In this document: positions 23,655 through 43,400 of the stretch, piece after piece
Position numbering within the stretch: position 1 is the first letter of the stretch
Layout: the number at the start of each line of letters is the position of its first letter
DNA from: Anthoceros angustus
Lineage: Eukaryota; Plantae; Anthocerotophyta
Direction of reading: 5' to 3'
Assembly (NCBI GenBank): GCA_010909165.1
Contig: MU008157.1
Location: 124,001 to 188,000 of the forward strand
Length of the DNA: 64,000 nt
Notes under the pieces: generated by a model
The model's database searches: none
Told to the model about the DNA's origin: nothing
Seen by the model: only the letters and a program-made list of their open reading frames with translations
Made by a program: the position numbers and the translations under genes

Positions 23655-26594
23655 TTATGAGCTCAGAACTGACACACATTCTCTTTCCTTCATTCGGAGC
23701 ACAAGCTGGTCGAGCATTGAATAGATGTGGTCACTCTCAGGATGCTTCCGATCGCCAACCACGAAGCTATGAGCCAGCCCGTCCATGTCTGTCCAGCAGC
23801 TCTGGCCTGGAAGCTTCCAAGCCCCCATTAGCTTTCTCCGGGCGTGCATCTCCTGGGCCTGCTCCCGCATCTGGACATCGGAGTAAATGTTGGCCATCAG
23901 CACATAGGGTGCGGCGTCTTTCTCGTCCAGCTTCACGGCTTCATCGAAAGCATAGCGTCCCACATCCACGTTGCCCCACTTCCGGCAGGAGCCTAAGAGG
24001 CTGAGCCAGAGTGCACCGTGCGGGGGAACAGGCATGGTCCTGACTAGGGCTAGTGCCTCGTCCAGTTGGCCTGCACGACCCAGGAGGTCCACCATGCATG
24101 AGTAGTGCTCCGCGGTGGGAGTGATGCCGGAGTCTCTGTTCATGGACTCGAAGAACTCTTGGCCTTTGTCGACCAGACCCGCATGGCTGCACACTGTCAG
24201 TATGCTGAGGAGGATGATGGCATCTGGGAGTAGGCCATCCTCCTCTTGCATTCTGCGGACCAGGTGGAAGACCACTCCGCTGTCTCCTTGGCGGGTGTAT
24301 CCTGCAATTAGGGCATTCCAGGCGATGATGTCTCGCTGCGGCAATGCATCGAATACCTCCTGTGCGTCCACCATGCTCCCAGACTTGGCGTACATATTTA
24401 TCAAACTGATGGCGATAAACAGATCAGATTCAAGCCCTTGTTCCCTGATCTGTGCATGAAGCTGCCTTCCTGCATACAGAGCTGCCACACTTGCACATGC
24501 TTGCAAGAGGGAAAGAAAGGTGACAGAATCGGGTGGACCGATGCCTTCTTGTTGCATAGTGCTGTAGAGACGGAGGGCTTCCTCGCCCATGCCCTGCTGG
24601 GAGTAGCCTGCTATCATGGCATTGAATGTCACGACATCCTTCTTGCCGAGTCCATCGAATACACGTTGGGCATCCTCCAGGCTGCCGCATTTTGCATACA
24701 TGTTTATGAGGCTGCAACCTACAGCCACATCAGACTGAAGACCATGTCTTTCAATATGTGCATGAAGCTGCTTTCCGTCCTCCAAAGCCGAGGCGCCCAT
24801 GCTTGCACATGCCTGCAGGAGGCGCAAGAATGTGCCAGAATGTGCAGCGAGGCCCTCTTCCTGCATAGCACGGTACCTATGAAGGGCCTCTTGACCCATG
24901 CCCTGCTGGGAGTACCCTTGTATAAGCGCAGTCCAAGTTGCTGCATTTTTTTCAGGGAGCCTGTCAAATACGCTCTGAGCATCCTTCAAGCTGCCACACG
25001 TTGCATACATGTTTACCAGGCTGCATCCTACAGCGACATCAACCTGAAGTTGTCGTTCTCCAATCTCGGCATGAAGCAGCTTCCCCTTCTCCAAAGCAGC
25101 CGTCCCCTCACTTGCACATGCCTGCAGGAGGCACAGGAATGTCACAGAATCTGGTGCAGCAATTCCTTCTTCTTGCATGGCACTGTAAACATCGAGAGCT
25201 TCCTTACCCATGCCCTGCTGGGAGTATCCTGCAATTAAAGCGGTCCATGTCACTGCATCCTTTCGACAAAGTCCATCAAACACACTCTGAGCATCCTCTA
25301 AGCTGCCACACTTAGCATACATGTTCACCAAGTTGTTCCCTATTGTCAAATCTGCTTGAAGTCCTCGTTCTCCAATCAGTGCGTGGAGTTGCTTGCCTGT
25401 GTCCAAAGCCGGAGTTCCCACAGTTGCACATGCCTGCAGCAGGCAGACAAATGTCACAGGGTCAGGTGCAGTGAAGCCTTCTTCTTGCATAGCAGTGTAG
25501 AGATTGAGCGCTTCCTGACCCATGCCCTGCTGGGAGTATCCTACTATGAGAGCAGTCCAAGTCACTACATTCCTGTGAGGAAGACTGTCAAACACGCTCT
25601 GAGCATCCTCAAGGCTGCCACACTTTGCATACATGTTTACCAGGCTGCAACCCACGATCACATCAACCTGGATTCCTTGCTCCTCAATCTGTCTGTGGAG
25701 CTGCTTCCCCTTGTCTACAGCTGGAGCACCAACACTCGCACATGCCTGCAGCAGGCACACAAATGTCACAGAATTAGGTGCAGTACTGCCTTCTTGTTGC
25801 ATAGCGCTGTAAAGACGAAGGGCTTCCTCACCCATGCCCTGCTGAGAGTATCCTGTGATCATTGCATTCCACGTCACCACAGATTTCTTCGGAAGCCCAT
25901 CAAACACTCGTTGAGCCTCTTCCAAGCTTCCACACTTTGCATACATGTCCACCAAGCAACTGCAAACAAAGGCATCAGGCTCAACCCCACTGGCCAACAC
26001 ATCAGCATGCACCTGCTCCCCGGCTTTCAAGTCTGCTCCCCTTGCACAAGCCTGCAGGGCTGCTACAAACACATGGCCATCTGGCTTCACCCTCGACCTG
26101 CGCATCTGACGGTACAATTCGATGGCATGCTTAGCTTCTCCGTGTTTCACATGCGCAGTGATTATGGAAGACCACATGAAGGCATCAGGTTTGCGAACCA
26201 CGGTGAACACATCCATCGCTTCTTGCAACCTACCATGAGAAGCATACATTCGCAGGATATGATTGCACAGGAACTTGTCCGACTGGTACCCATGTCTCAC
26301 CGTGGCAGAATGGACCCGGCGACCCAGCACAAGATCCTTCTTCACTATGCAGCTCTTCAGCACACTGTAAAAAAGAGCTGTGGAAAGAGGACAGTCCCTC
26401 TGCACTAAAACTCCCAATGCCTCAACAGCCTCAGTCACATGGCCCCGCTCAGTTAGCTGGCTCACGGTTTCAGCAGTTACACCCGTTTGCCCTCCTGTGG
26501 GTCTGCGAGGGTCAGGATCACCCGGCAAGCTCCAGTTGGGGTTGGAGGCACAACGACCCACCTCCATCCCCAGAGGAGCAAGCTGAGCATCCAC
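23655..26594 (-). CDS. PLS-class PPR organellar RNA-editing factor with E1/E2 and a truncated (E+-like) WW-type DYW extension; true start uncertain
   Basis: 979-aa ORF with repeated LVNMYAKCGSLEDA/VTWTALI.GYSQQG motifs, HYSCMVDLLGRAG and C-terminal WKLPGQSCWTD...HSFVVGDRKHPE; no HxE..CxxC. Confidence 0.95.
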   Translation of the reverse strand: MDAQLAPLGMEVGRCASNPNWSLPGDPDPRRPTGGQTGVTAETVSQLTERGHVTEAVEALGVLVQRDCPLSTALFYSVLKSCIVKKDLVLGRRVHSATVRHGYQSDKFLCNHILRMYASHGRLQEAMDVFTVVRKPDAFMWSSIITAHVKHGEAKHAIELYRQMRRSRVKPDGHVFVAALQACARGADLKAGEQVHADVLASGVEPDAFVCSCLVDMYAKCGSLEEAQRVFDGLPKKSVVTWNAMITGYSQQGMGEEALRLYSAMQQEGSTAPNSVTFVCLLQACASVGAPAVDKGKQLHRQIEEQGIQVDVIVGCSLVNMYAKCGSLEDAQSVFDSLPHRNVVTWTALIVGYSQQGMGQEALNLYTAMQEEGFTAPDPVTFVCLLQACATVGTPALDTGKQLHALIGERGLQADLTIGNNLVNMYAKCGSLEDAQSVFDGLCRKDAVTWTALIAGYSQQGMGKEALDVYSAMQEEGIAAPDSVTFLCLLQACASEGTAALEKGKLLHAEIGERQLQVDVAVGCSLVNMYATCGSLKDAQSVFDRLPEKNAATWTALIQGYSQQGMGQEALHRYRAMQEEGLAAHSGTFLRLLQACASMGASALEDGKQLHAHIERHGLQSDVAVGCSLINMYAKCGSLEDAQRVFDGLGKKDVVTFNAMIAGYSQQGMGEEALRLYSTMQQEGIGPPDSVTFLSLLQACASVAALYAGRQLHAQIREQGLESDLFIAISLINMYAKSGSMVDAQEVFDALPQRDIIAWNALIAGYTRQGDSGVVFHLVRRMQEEDGLLPDAIILLSILTVCSHAGLVDKGQEFFESMNRDSGITPTAEHYSCMVDLLGRAGQLDEALALVRTMPVPPHGALWLSLLGSCRKWGNVDVGRYAFDEAVKLDEKDAAPYVLMANIYSDVQMREQAQEMHARRKLMGAWKLPGQSCWTDMDGLAHSFVVGDRKHPESDHIYSMLDQLVLRMKERECVSVLSS

Positions 26595-26939
26595 CTCAGC
26601 TGGCTTGTAGACACTGCTTAGGCAGGTGACCTACTAAAACTCCTTACATCCACGCTGGAAATCAGTCGAACACTCTTCCTTCTTATTTTGCCTGCCAGCT
26701 TGGTTCCTTGCAGTCCAGCTAGCGAAGCCGTCACTTTGTTAGGTCCACTAAAACAACACCCAATAGCAGTCCTGTCCTTCTGCCCTTCGCGTGACTGTTC
26801 CCTTGCTCCACACATCGACAGCTAGAACTGAGCCCATACATATACATGTGAGCCCTGGCCAGCCTGAAGGTCGTCACGGGCTTAATGGATCTCAGCACTT
26901 GGTAAACCAGACTTTCGGAGGCCGAAAGTAAAGCCATCC

Positions 26940-27660
26940 AGAATCTAGGGAAGCTTGCTCAGGCCGTCGGAGCCCTGGAGTCGCTGGCGCAGACAGACTT
27001 CCCTATTCCTCCGTCCCTGGTTTACACTGTGCTAAATTTGTGTACAGCCAAGAAGGATTTGGCTGTAGGGCGACGAGTTCATGCACCAGGGTAGGCAAAC
27101 CAGATGCTTTCATGTGGTCGTCCCTCATCTCTGCACATGCTAAACATGGGAAACCTACGGAGTTCATACACCTGTACCATGAGATGCAGAGGCCAGGTGT
27201 GAAGGCGGATGCTCGCGTCTTTACAGCTGCCCTTCAAGCTTGTGCATTTGCCACCGGCTTGGAATCTGGCTGAAAAGTGCACTCTGATTTGTTGCACAGG
27301 AGCATCCATCTGAACTTATTTGTTGGCACCAACCTGGTGGACATGTATGCAAGATGCGGCGAACTGGAGGCAACCAGCGCTTGTTGTGTATGAGCAGATA
27401 GAGCAGGAGGGGCCTGATTGTGGCTGACCATGTTACTATGTCGCCTTCTCAAGGTCTGTGCACGCACTGGTGCGTTACAGATGGGCAGGCAGCTGCACTC
27501 ACATCTTGTTGAAAGAGGACTGTAAGATACAACACTGGTGCCCAATTTAGACATGTATGCCCAATTTTACGAAATGGGAGATGCACGCGGGGTTTTTGAC
27601 ACCTTGGGAATGATGGGTGTGGTGACATGGAGGGCCCTTTCTGCAGGGTGCACACAGCAG
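26940..27660 (+). pseudogene. PLS-PPR pseudogene, head-to-head with the intact PPR
   Basis: Fragments KKDLAVGRRVH, KPDAFMWSSLISAHAKHG, VFTAALQACA and LVDMYARCG, with stops and frameshifts. Confidence 0.8.
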
Positions 27661-28599
27661 GCGACTCCCTGTTACTGTTGTTGTCTCAAGAAGGGACTTC
27701 ATTGAGTTCCATAGAGGTGTGAACATGAAGCTAACTACATCTATGCACGTGGTCACCTTGGAATACATGCTGATGATTTTGAGCGTCCATGGTGTGTATG
27801 ATGGAGAAACATGGCAATGTGATTTGGACCATTCCCCTTTAAACATTTCTCCAACTATTATGTACAAGGGACCCATATGTAAAAGAAACCTAAAAATCGG
27901 GCTTTGGAGCTCGAGGGATTGTTGTTTTACATGGATGAGCTATTGGAACAGTAACATACCTTCCACATTGGCATCATATTCAAAAACTATTGCTTTGCCG
28001 CCATAGTCTGGGCCTCTTATTCTTGAAATAGCCACACGAGTATCACTTTGGTCAATTATGAATTTTTGAAGAATTTTATTAGCTGACCAATTCATGATAG
28101 GATAGTCTAACAATAAAATTATTTGGCGTTCACGTAGCAATAAATTAATATTACTTAACATTTACGTAGTAATAAAAAAATATTACATGACATTCACACA
28201 GTAATAAATTCATGTACCGGGAGAACAAAAGGGAAGCCCTCACACCTTCCTTGCCACAGGAAGGGTATAGCAATGGTATAGCAGTAACAACAACAAGAAG
28301 ATTTAGAATACAAGAATTGATTGCATAAAGTGCACCTAGTTATACTAGCCTTTAATTTGTTTCCTTGTTTTGGGACAAGAAATATAGAATACAAGAATTA
28401 ATATGCTCAATCTCGAAGTCGGGGATCTCAAATGTGCACATCTCCGAATCAGTGGGAGCATTGTTACAGCCACCTCCGAAGTTTTGTGCTACTTCATTTT
28501 TTCCCCTCAGAGTTTTGTGCTACTTCTTTTTTCGATAATTTGAACAACTTCTTTTTTCGATAATTTGAACAACTCAATTTCCTTGATCTTGTCGTATTG

Positions 28600-29880
28600 A
28601 AACGATTGTCGATTCTCTCATGGGTTAACTGGGTTCTCTCATTTTATCTTCTAAGGCTAGGGTTGCCTTGCCACATTTCTTTTCGCTCCCCGAGTTTGGG
28701 CTGCGTGGGCTTCAAGCGTCGCTCTTGGAGTAGCACTGCTGGCAGGCGGAGTTGGCCCTTCTTCGGGATTCTTTTATTTCCAAGGCCACTTGAGCTTGGC
28801 TTCGCTCTTGCTCAGGGAAGGGATCATGCTCTTGCCCGCTTCCCTCTGCACTTCTCTTGATGCAAGGATGGGCTCGTGACTTGCCTTAGGGTCTAGATGC
28901 TCTTTCTATTTGCGTGGCAGGCTGTGCGTCTGGTAGGTAGACGCCTCTGTGCTGGGTGATCCACTCCCCTGTCTCATGATTGTTCTTGCCCGCTCAAACT
29001 TTCTTCTCAGGCTTATTTCTATAAAAGTCTGGTTCTCAAAAAAAGGTTCCTAGCTTCTGGCTCGACCCAATATCCAGGCATTTCGCATCGCACCAGCAAC
29101 TTTTTCCACCGCGATACGCTTTCGCCCAGGCTTGGTCCAACCTCTGGCCTGCTCTCTCTCTTTGCTTGCACCCGTGGAGCCCCCTCGATGACTCGGGGAC
29201 CAACCTAGCCCGGTGTCCTGCTGGCGGACAGCGCATTGCTATGCATGATGCCGTTAGGGACGCCATGTTTTCAATGGCCAAGCAGAGCGGGTTCTTTCTT
29301 TACAGAGAGTGCCCATACACCTTGCTCAACGTCGTTTCTCTCAAGGCTGATCTTTTTCTATCCCGGGGAGACCAAGTTTCTGTTGTCGATATGGTTATCA
29401 CAGACCCCACCTGGGACTCTGTCTGCAAGCATGTGATTCTTAACCCTCTGAGTTGGGCGGTGGAGGGCTATGCGATGGCCAAGGTCCACAAGTACTCTCT
29501 TATGCAGGACGGCCACACCTTTATCTCCCTTGCCATCGATACCCATGGGGGCATGGGCAAGGATTTCTCAAGGTTTGTCAAGGCCTGTGCCAAGGCGTAC
29601 CACTATAACAGGAATGGGGTTGGTCTTCCCCTTTCTTATATTTTGGCTTTGTGCAGGCAACGTGTGTCCATCGCCCTCCAAAGGATGTTGGCGAACGCGG
29701 TGTACAGGACGGCGACAAGCGCAGGGGAGGTGGCTTCTTCGGCCCCATTAGTAGGTAGGCCTTTTCTTATCCACAACCACGAAATTCGTTGTGCAGTGGG
29801 TAGTTTAGAGGTGAGCGATCGCGGCGATTAGTCCCCCTTGGCACGGTGCCCTTGGTTGGGCAGTTCCCCCTTTTTCTTTT
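28600..29880 (+). mobile_element. 5'-truncated non-LTR retrotransposon with restriction-like endonuclease (CRE-like clade); ORF remnant 29166-29831
   Basis: Degenerate zinc knuckle followed by RC..GG.RI..HDAVRD; ADL....G....VDMVITDP, KVHKY, F...AIDTHGGMG, RQRVSIALQR..ANA; 5' boundary approximate. Confidence 0.7.
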
Positions 29881-30120
29881 GGAGTAGATGAGTTTTTCCA
29901 TCTTTTTTCTTACACAAAGTCTCCATATTCCCCTTAAGAAGCTCTCCATCTCAAACAACTTGGGCTTGAAATTGAAGTTAGGTAGAATATGTATAAGGTA
30001 TTAGACACATACGATATCAAGACATGTATGGCCATTCACAAGCATGAGTGTATGTATATGTCAAGGACGTCAATATGTGTGTATCTACAGTGGAAAGGGC
30101 CAACATGGGGCTTCACCTTA

Positions 30121-30219
30121 AGAAGCGATGACGCCCGACTTAGTTGTACTACCTCTAGGTACGATTCGTAAGAAGCGATAACGCACGACTTCATTATACT
30201 ACCTCTAGGTACGATTCGT
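30121..30219. repeat. ~50-bp tandem duplication
   Basis: agaagcgat.acgc.cgactt..tt.tactacctctaggtacgattcgt x2. Confidence 0.8.
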
Positions 30220-30419
30220 GCATCTGTGGCATAATATGGATGGTAGGCACTCTTGTCATAAGGCCATATCAATACTAGCAATTACGAACAGTGACTAGGG
30301 AAGAAGAAGAAGGGGAAACACAGCCTCTCCAGATCTCCAGTGAAGATGAGAAGGCGATTGGCTGGTAAGTATGATGCTGACAATCCATCTGCCTTTCGCA
30401 ATTTGAACGCATGTAGGAG

Positions 30420-31196
30420 TTGAAGCATCTTATCATGGATTTCCATGCAGAGTGCACACCAATCAAGCGGAAGAGGAAGGCAAGATCTCTGGGTGATGAT
30501 GGAGAAGAGGTGGGAAGAGGGCGCAAGAAAACAAGGAAATTGAGGAAGCCTGCAGAAGAGGACGCGGTCGCCTGGACAGTGACAACTGATGCCGAACGAC
30601 TGGAGCTCCTGTCACAAGAGGATGACTACCTGGAGATGGTTCGCACTCGGGCTTACAAGAAGCGGGTGCAAACTATAACGTTTGACATTCACATTTCGGT
30701 TCTACGTCATGCTTCCTTTCTAACAGCAGATGCTCAGATAAGGAAGGTGGACGAGGCATGGATGAAGTGCCTAGTTAGACAAATGCAAACAGGTTCTGTG
30801 AAGGAAGGGACGCTCCCGCTTTTGTGCATGATTGATCCAGCACAGTGCTTGAAGAAGGAAGATGCAGACCCGGAAGAGATAAGAGCCCAGCATTACACAC
30901 TAGGGGTGCTAGGAGGGAACCATTGCTATGCCGCCATGCAGACCCTGTCCGAAATGTATCCGGCGGAAGATAAATTTCAATGGCTTGAGGGCCATGTCTA
31001 TGCAGGCTTGACAGAGGAAGAAATGAGGGTGCTGGCAGTGGATCATAATGTGTATGCAGGTAATAGGAAGAAGCTGGGTTTTATTGAACAAGTCCGATAT
31101 ATCCATGATGAGCTCGAGATTTGGCACAAGACACACCCCACTGGAAAACCTCCTGTGCAGTGGAAGTTCAATGTCTATAAGTTGCTGGGATGCTAG
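30420..31196 (+). CDS. Intronless ParB/sulfiredoxin-like domain ORF with N-terminal NLS; possibly truncated or mobile-element derived
   Basis: KRKRK/RKKTRK; QIRKVDEAWMKCLV...VLGGNHCYAAMQTL...VYAGLTEEEMRVLAVDHN...LGFIEQ. Confidence 0.55.
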   Translation: MKHLIMDFHAECTPIKRKRKARSLGDDGEEVGRGRKKTRKLRKPAEEDAVAWTVTTDAERLELLSQEDDYLEMVRTRAYKKRVQTITFDIHISVLRHASFLTADAQIRKVDEAWMKCLVRQMQTGSVKEGTLPLLCMIDPAQCLKKEDADPEEIRAQHYTLGVLGGNHCYAAMQTLSEMYPAEDKFQWLEGHVYAGLTEEEMRVLAVDHNVYAGNRKKLGFIEQVRYIHDELEIWHKTHPTGKPPVQWKFNVYKLLGC

Positions 31197-32128
31197 AGGA
31201 GGCTGGAAACTCGAAGGCGGCATCAACTACATCGATTAGCCATTCATATTGATAGTTGGTGAGTATTGATTATGTAGGTTAGCAACAAGTCCGTTTTGCC
31301 GTAGTCTTGCGACTATCATACGATACTTCAAAACAAAATACATATTCACAATGATGAAAAAGCTAGGAGGCATCCCAAAATTACACAACATAGGAGATAT
31401 ATTACATTGTCTTGCTTAGACTAAAGCCTAAGTGGTATGTAAGTCGGTCTCCGTTACAAAAGATTTGAGAAACATTAACATTACCTATATTAGGCTTAAG
31501 TCTGGGCCTATTATATAAGCCTCTATAAGAAGCGCATATGCATTAGCTTCAACCATACCAAGGGCCAGCGGAGTTACGCCTTTCGTTCATACTAACCTTA
31601 TAACTCAGCTTGGCTTTTTATGGAACAGGTACATACGTAGTTACGCGTAGGATGTTAAGTATGTATTAGGCTGACTGAAATGTTTGATCCGAGTGTCTTG
31701 GGCCGTAGGCGCGCGACGAGCAAGGCTGCGCCAAATGCGTTCAATTTCAAACACCTTCGAACACTGCATCTCTCTACGTGTTGTGCGTTCTTTCCCGCCA
31801 GGCAACCAACAACATCGAGTGTCCGGACCATCCATTACATGCAGCTGTTGCTAGAATTCTGGGCTAATGCCGCACTCCATAGGGACGAGTGTGGTATTGT
31901 GGGAGGTTTGAGTATGCGGTGTCTGGTGGTGTTGACTGGAGTTTGCTGGTCACAACTTTCACTTCTGAGGGGTGGACAATGCTTTGCGCTGTAGATCATC
32001 CAATTTCAATACGCATCGCCTTGCTGAGTTTGTGTGTGGGCGTGAATGTTTCCCCCTCTCTGAACATTTCTCGATCTTGTCTAGACACTTAGTACAGGTT
32101 GCACAGTGTCGCAAGGCTACAGACGAAG

Positions 32129-39931
<7,803 letters not shown>

Positions 39932-40442
39932 AAGGAAGCCAAGGCGTCGAGCCGGCCCTCTTCCTGTCCGCTATGTATATGCATTCTGAATTTTCCGCCA
40001 GCAATTGGACTTGCAACAGGTCAACATCTCCAGAGTGGAGATGTCTGCAACTAATTATATGCCCTGATCAGCTCGGCACGAAGTGTCGAGCCAGTTGAGT
40101 GAGAGAACCCGGCGCTAGGCCACAATTTGTTGCTACGTCCGCTATTATGTGAGCGCAAGCTCAAGTGATTTGTCTCTTGGCTTGGTTGTACATGACGAAG
40201 GCCAGTGTAGTTTGTCAATTAGGACTGAAACAATTATCTTTAGTGCATTGTACATTATTGACCATGTGTACATTTACGTTAGAGTTTACGGGTTCATCGC
40301 CAGTGAAATTATAGTGGCTCTTTTCTTCGGTGACAAATGATCGATAGGGGGACTTTCCTTGATGAACGGCAGTGCAATTGTGCATCTCTGTAACGAAAGC
40401 AGATAAAAGAGGAAATTGAATAGGTCGCCCAAGGCTTCAATC

Positions 40443-43400
40443 TCAGTCGGAGTCGAAATTGGTTTGAGATATATATGCATCTAGATTGGAAGGGACGCTG
40501 CTTTTGCTGACGAGGTCGTCCTTAATTTCTTCCACACTTGAGATGAGGAGCTGCAAAAGGCGTATGTCTAAACTTCATTGCCGCCGATAGACGGATAGAC
40601 TCTCAATGACCATAAGAAGCACTATACCATAAGAAGCCTGCAGTAAACTGTCACCTGAAAATCTGTCTCGACAGCTTTCCGAGAAGCCTCACTTGAAGCA
40701 AGATCTTTCTTCAATCGATCACATTCAGTCTGGAGCAAACAACAATGGACATTACATTATAGCGACAGAGACTTCTTGACAAGGAGATGCAAACAAATGT
40801 ACATAGCCATTGCAACACCTGTAGAAGCTTTAACTCTGGGTTCTTGATCTTCTTATTCTCTCTACTTGGAGGAGTGTCCCGGCTTCTTATTACTTCAGTC
40901 CTTTCAACGCCAACAGTAAGTTCCAAATTTATCCGCTGCAGCTGTGCTCTGTCCTCCTCAACCTAAACGGGATTCTCATTATTTGCGGCGATTAAAAGGG
41001 AGATGAATTCAATGAAAGTGTGGCACACCCACCTTGGCCATGAGAGTCAGGACATGTTCGTACTCCTTTTTAAGCTCAAGAGATCTGATCAGAGAGTACG
41101 AAGTTTGTCATTTCGTACTAAACAATAGCTCCCAAGGGAAGATAAATTCAAGTATAGCAAACACATGTCACTTGCTGCGATGCCACTTACTGAGTTCACT
41201 TACTGAGTTTCTGCACGCTGCAACCTCTCGCAACAGTCATTGTATAGAGAGGAGGTTTTCGACAGGTCAGCAGTCAAGGACATTATCCTCGATTCCAGGT
41301 CTCTCACCTACAGCTCAAAGATCACAGACAGCTTTAAGATGCTCCTTGTGAAAGACTTTCTTTCAAATGACCTTTGTTAAAGAGCCCCACCTTTGAGCCT
41401 GATTCCCCAGAAGTATGGAGATACTGACTCTCGAATGAACGTGACGACAAGGGTGAAGCAGGAATACCACCACTGCATCTCCTGCTTTCTTCAAACTCGT
41501 TCTGTGGGACCAAAGAAACGATAACACGATACATATGATGAAGTTCCGCTGAACAGGGCCCAACTCACTGGAGAGAGCTTATACAATTTCTCACACCTTG
41601 GCTTGCAGCCGTAAGATTTCTTGGTTCTGAGCATCCCTTGTTATCTGCAGGGTACGAACCTGTGCTGGATGCAGGTTAGGACTGAGCAGCAAGCAATAAG
41701 CAACCACAGGCAGAATTCTGGCTTCTCTCTGGTGAAAAGATCGGCTTCAGAAGAGAACAGTATACCTACCTGTTCCTCCAAGGAGAATAGTTGCTCCCTT
41801 AGCATCACACTCTTTGCATTCGAATCCTGGACACAAACCTTGGAAAATCAATCAGAGTTTGCCACTTGGAATTCGCGTTTGTAATACATGAATACAGGAT
41901 GTAAAACTTCCGGAAGCACACATGATACAAGCTATCCGTTTCGAGACCTTATGCTCTAACTCGAGCTGGTGCTCCTGGGCACGCAGACAAGCAAGCAGCT
42001 GTTCCAGCTCTCTAACACGCTCATGCTCTAGCTTGTAACGTGTTGACAGTGCGTCTATTTCCTGATTGTCATACATAACACATCAAGCTGCAAGTTTTGG
42101 CGCGAAATCAAGGTAACAGTGAACGTTCAACACTAAGATTACCTGCTGTGCTTCCTGTAAGTGGCCAGTGATACACTGGTTTCTCGTTTCGAGTGCCTTC
42201 ATTTCCCTCATGGAATTGGCCCGGCTTTGATCTAACTCCATTGCAAACTGCATTTCTAGTTTAAGTCAAGAGGTGTGACATCTACCTGAGAAGGTTTCCT
42301 TCCTTTAAGCTTTGGTGAGCAGCTAAACAAAAGTGAATGACTAAACTCAATCAGCTCCCGGGCAAAAACCTGTGAAATCATGAAAGGCCTGGAGCACTGA
42401 TGCTGCACCATCCGAAATACATAATGCAAAGAATAGGGTGCCCACAGTGGAGATAAAAATGCCCCATCAGTCAGACCATGGAGTCACCTGTTTAGCTGTT
42501 GACAACTGATTCACAAGCACTGCCTTTTCTTTCTGGTAGTCATCGAGAAGTGCTGACTGCTGAGCCAGGGACCGGGACATTATATCAGCTTGTCTCTGTA
42601 ATCCCTGTGGGCATATCTTGTACAAATTACATTCGCTGAAGCAGGAGACAAATCTGATGACTGCGAACAGAGTACTTGCAGGCAACAAACAACGAAACAA
42701 AATTCACCTGAAATCCAGCAACATGCTGGTGAATCTCCTCTTGCAGTGTGCTCACTTGATCCTCAGATCGGTGAAGTAGATCTTCCACCGCCTGAAGCTG
42801 GAAGGATTGCTGTTGTAACTGTTCCAGGGGTGGAGACATTTCTTGTCAGTATGTCCAACATCAAATTGAGCTCAGGTATCTAGATATCAGCAACCTATAG
42901 AACAAGAAAATGGCTGTTGAACCTGATTTTCCATCTCAATTGCTGCAAGTTTGAGTTGCTGATTATCTTCATATAGTCGTTCATAAGTTTTCAAAATGCC
43001 CTCCTCTTCCTTCTCCTTCGCAGAAATCACCTGCGTGAGATGAAAGTTGGAAGGCAGTTAAGGATGCTCTTTCCAATTCGTCAATTTTCATGTCACTACT
43101 CTACTTGAGAAGACTGATGTCACCTGGTCTGAAAACTCCAGCTTTGATGTGGCGTTCTTCAGCTCAGTCATAAGCTGGTCACGATCTGTTGATGCCCTTG
43201 CTAGCTCATTTTTCACTCGCTGTTTCAGTCATCAAGTGAGATACAAGATGCTATCCGTTCAAAATTTCATAGGACTCAACAAGCAACTGCAAAGCAAGAT
43301 GGGCGAACCTGGTATTCACAAGTCAAATTGGTAACATCTTCTGTCATGGTTTGGAGTTCACCCACCTGTAATGGAGAAACTCGTTTGAGAAAGTAAACTC

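Noticed and set aside
24115-26629. Plus-strand ORFs of 266 and 350 aa
   Set aside because: Antisense shadows of the repetitive PPR coding sequence
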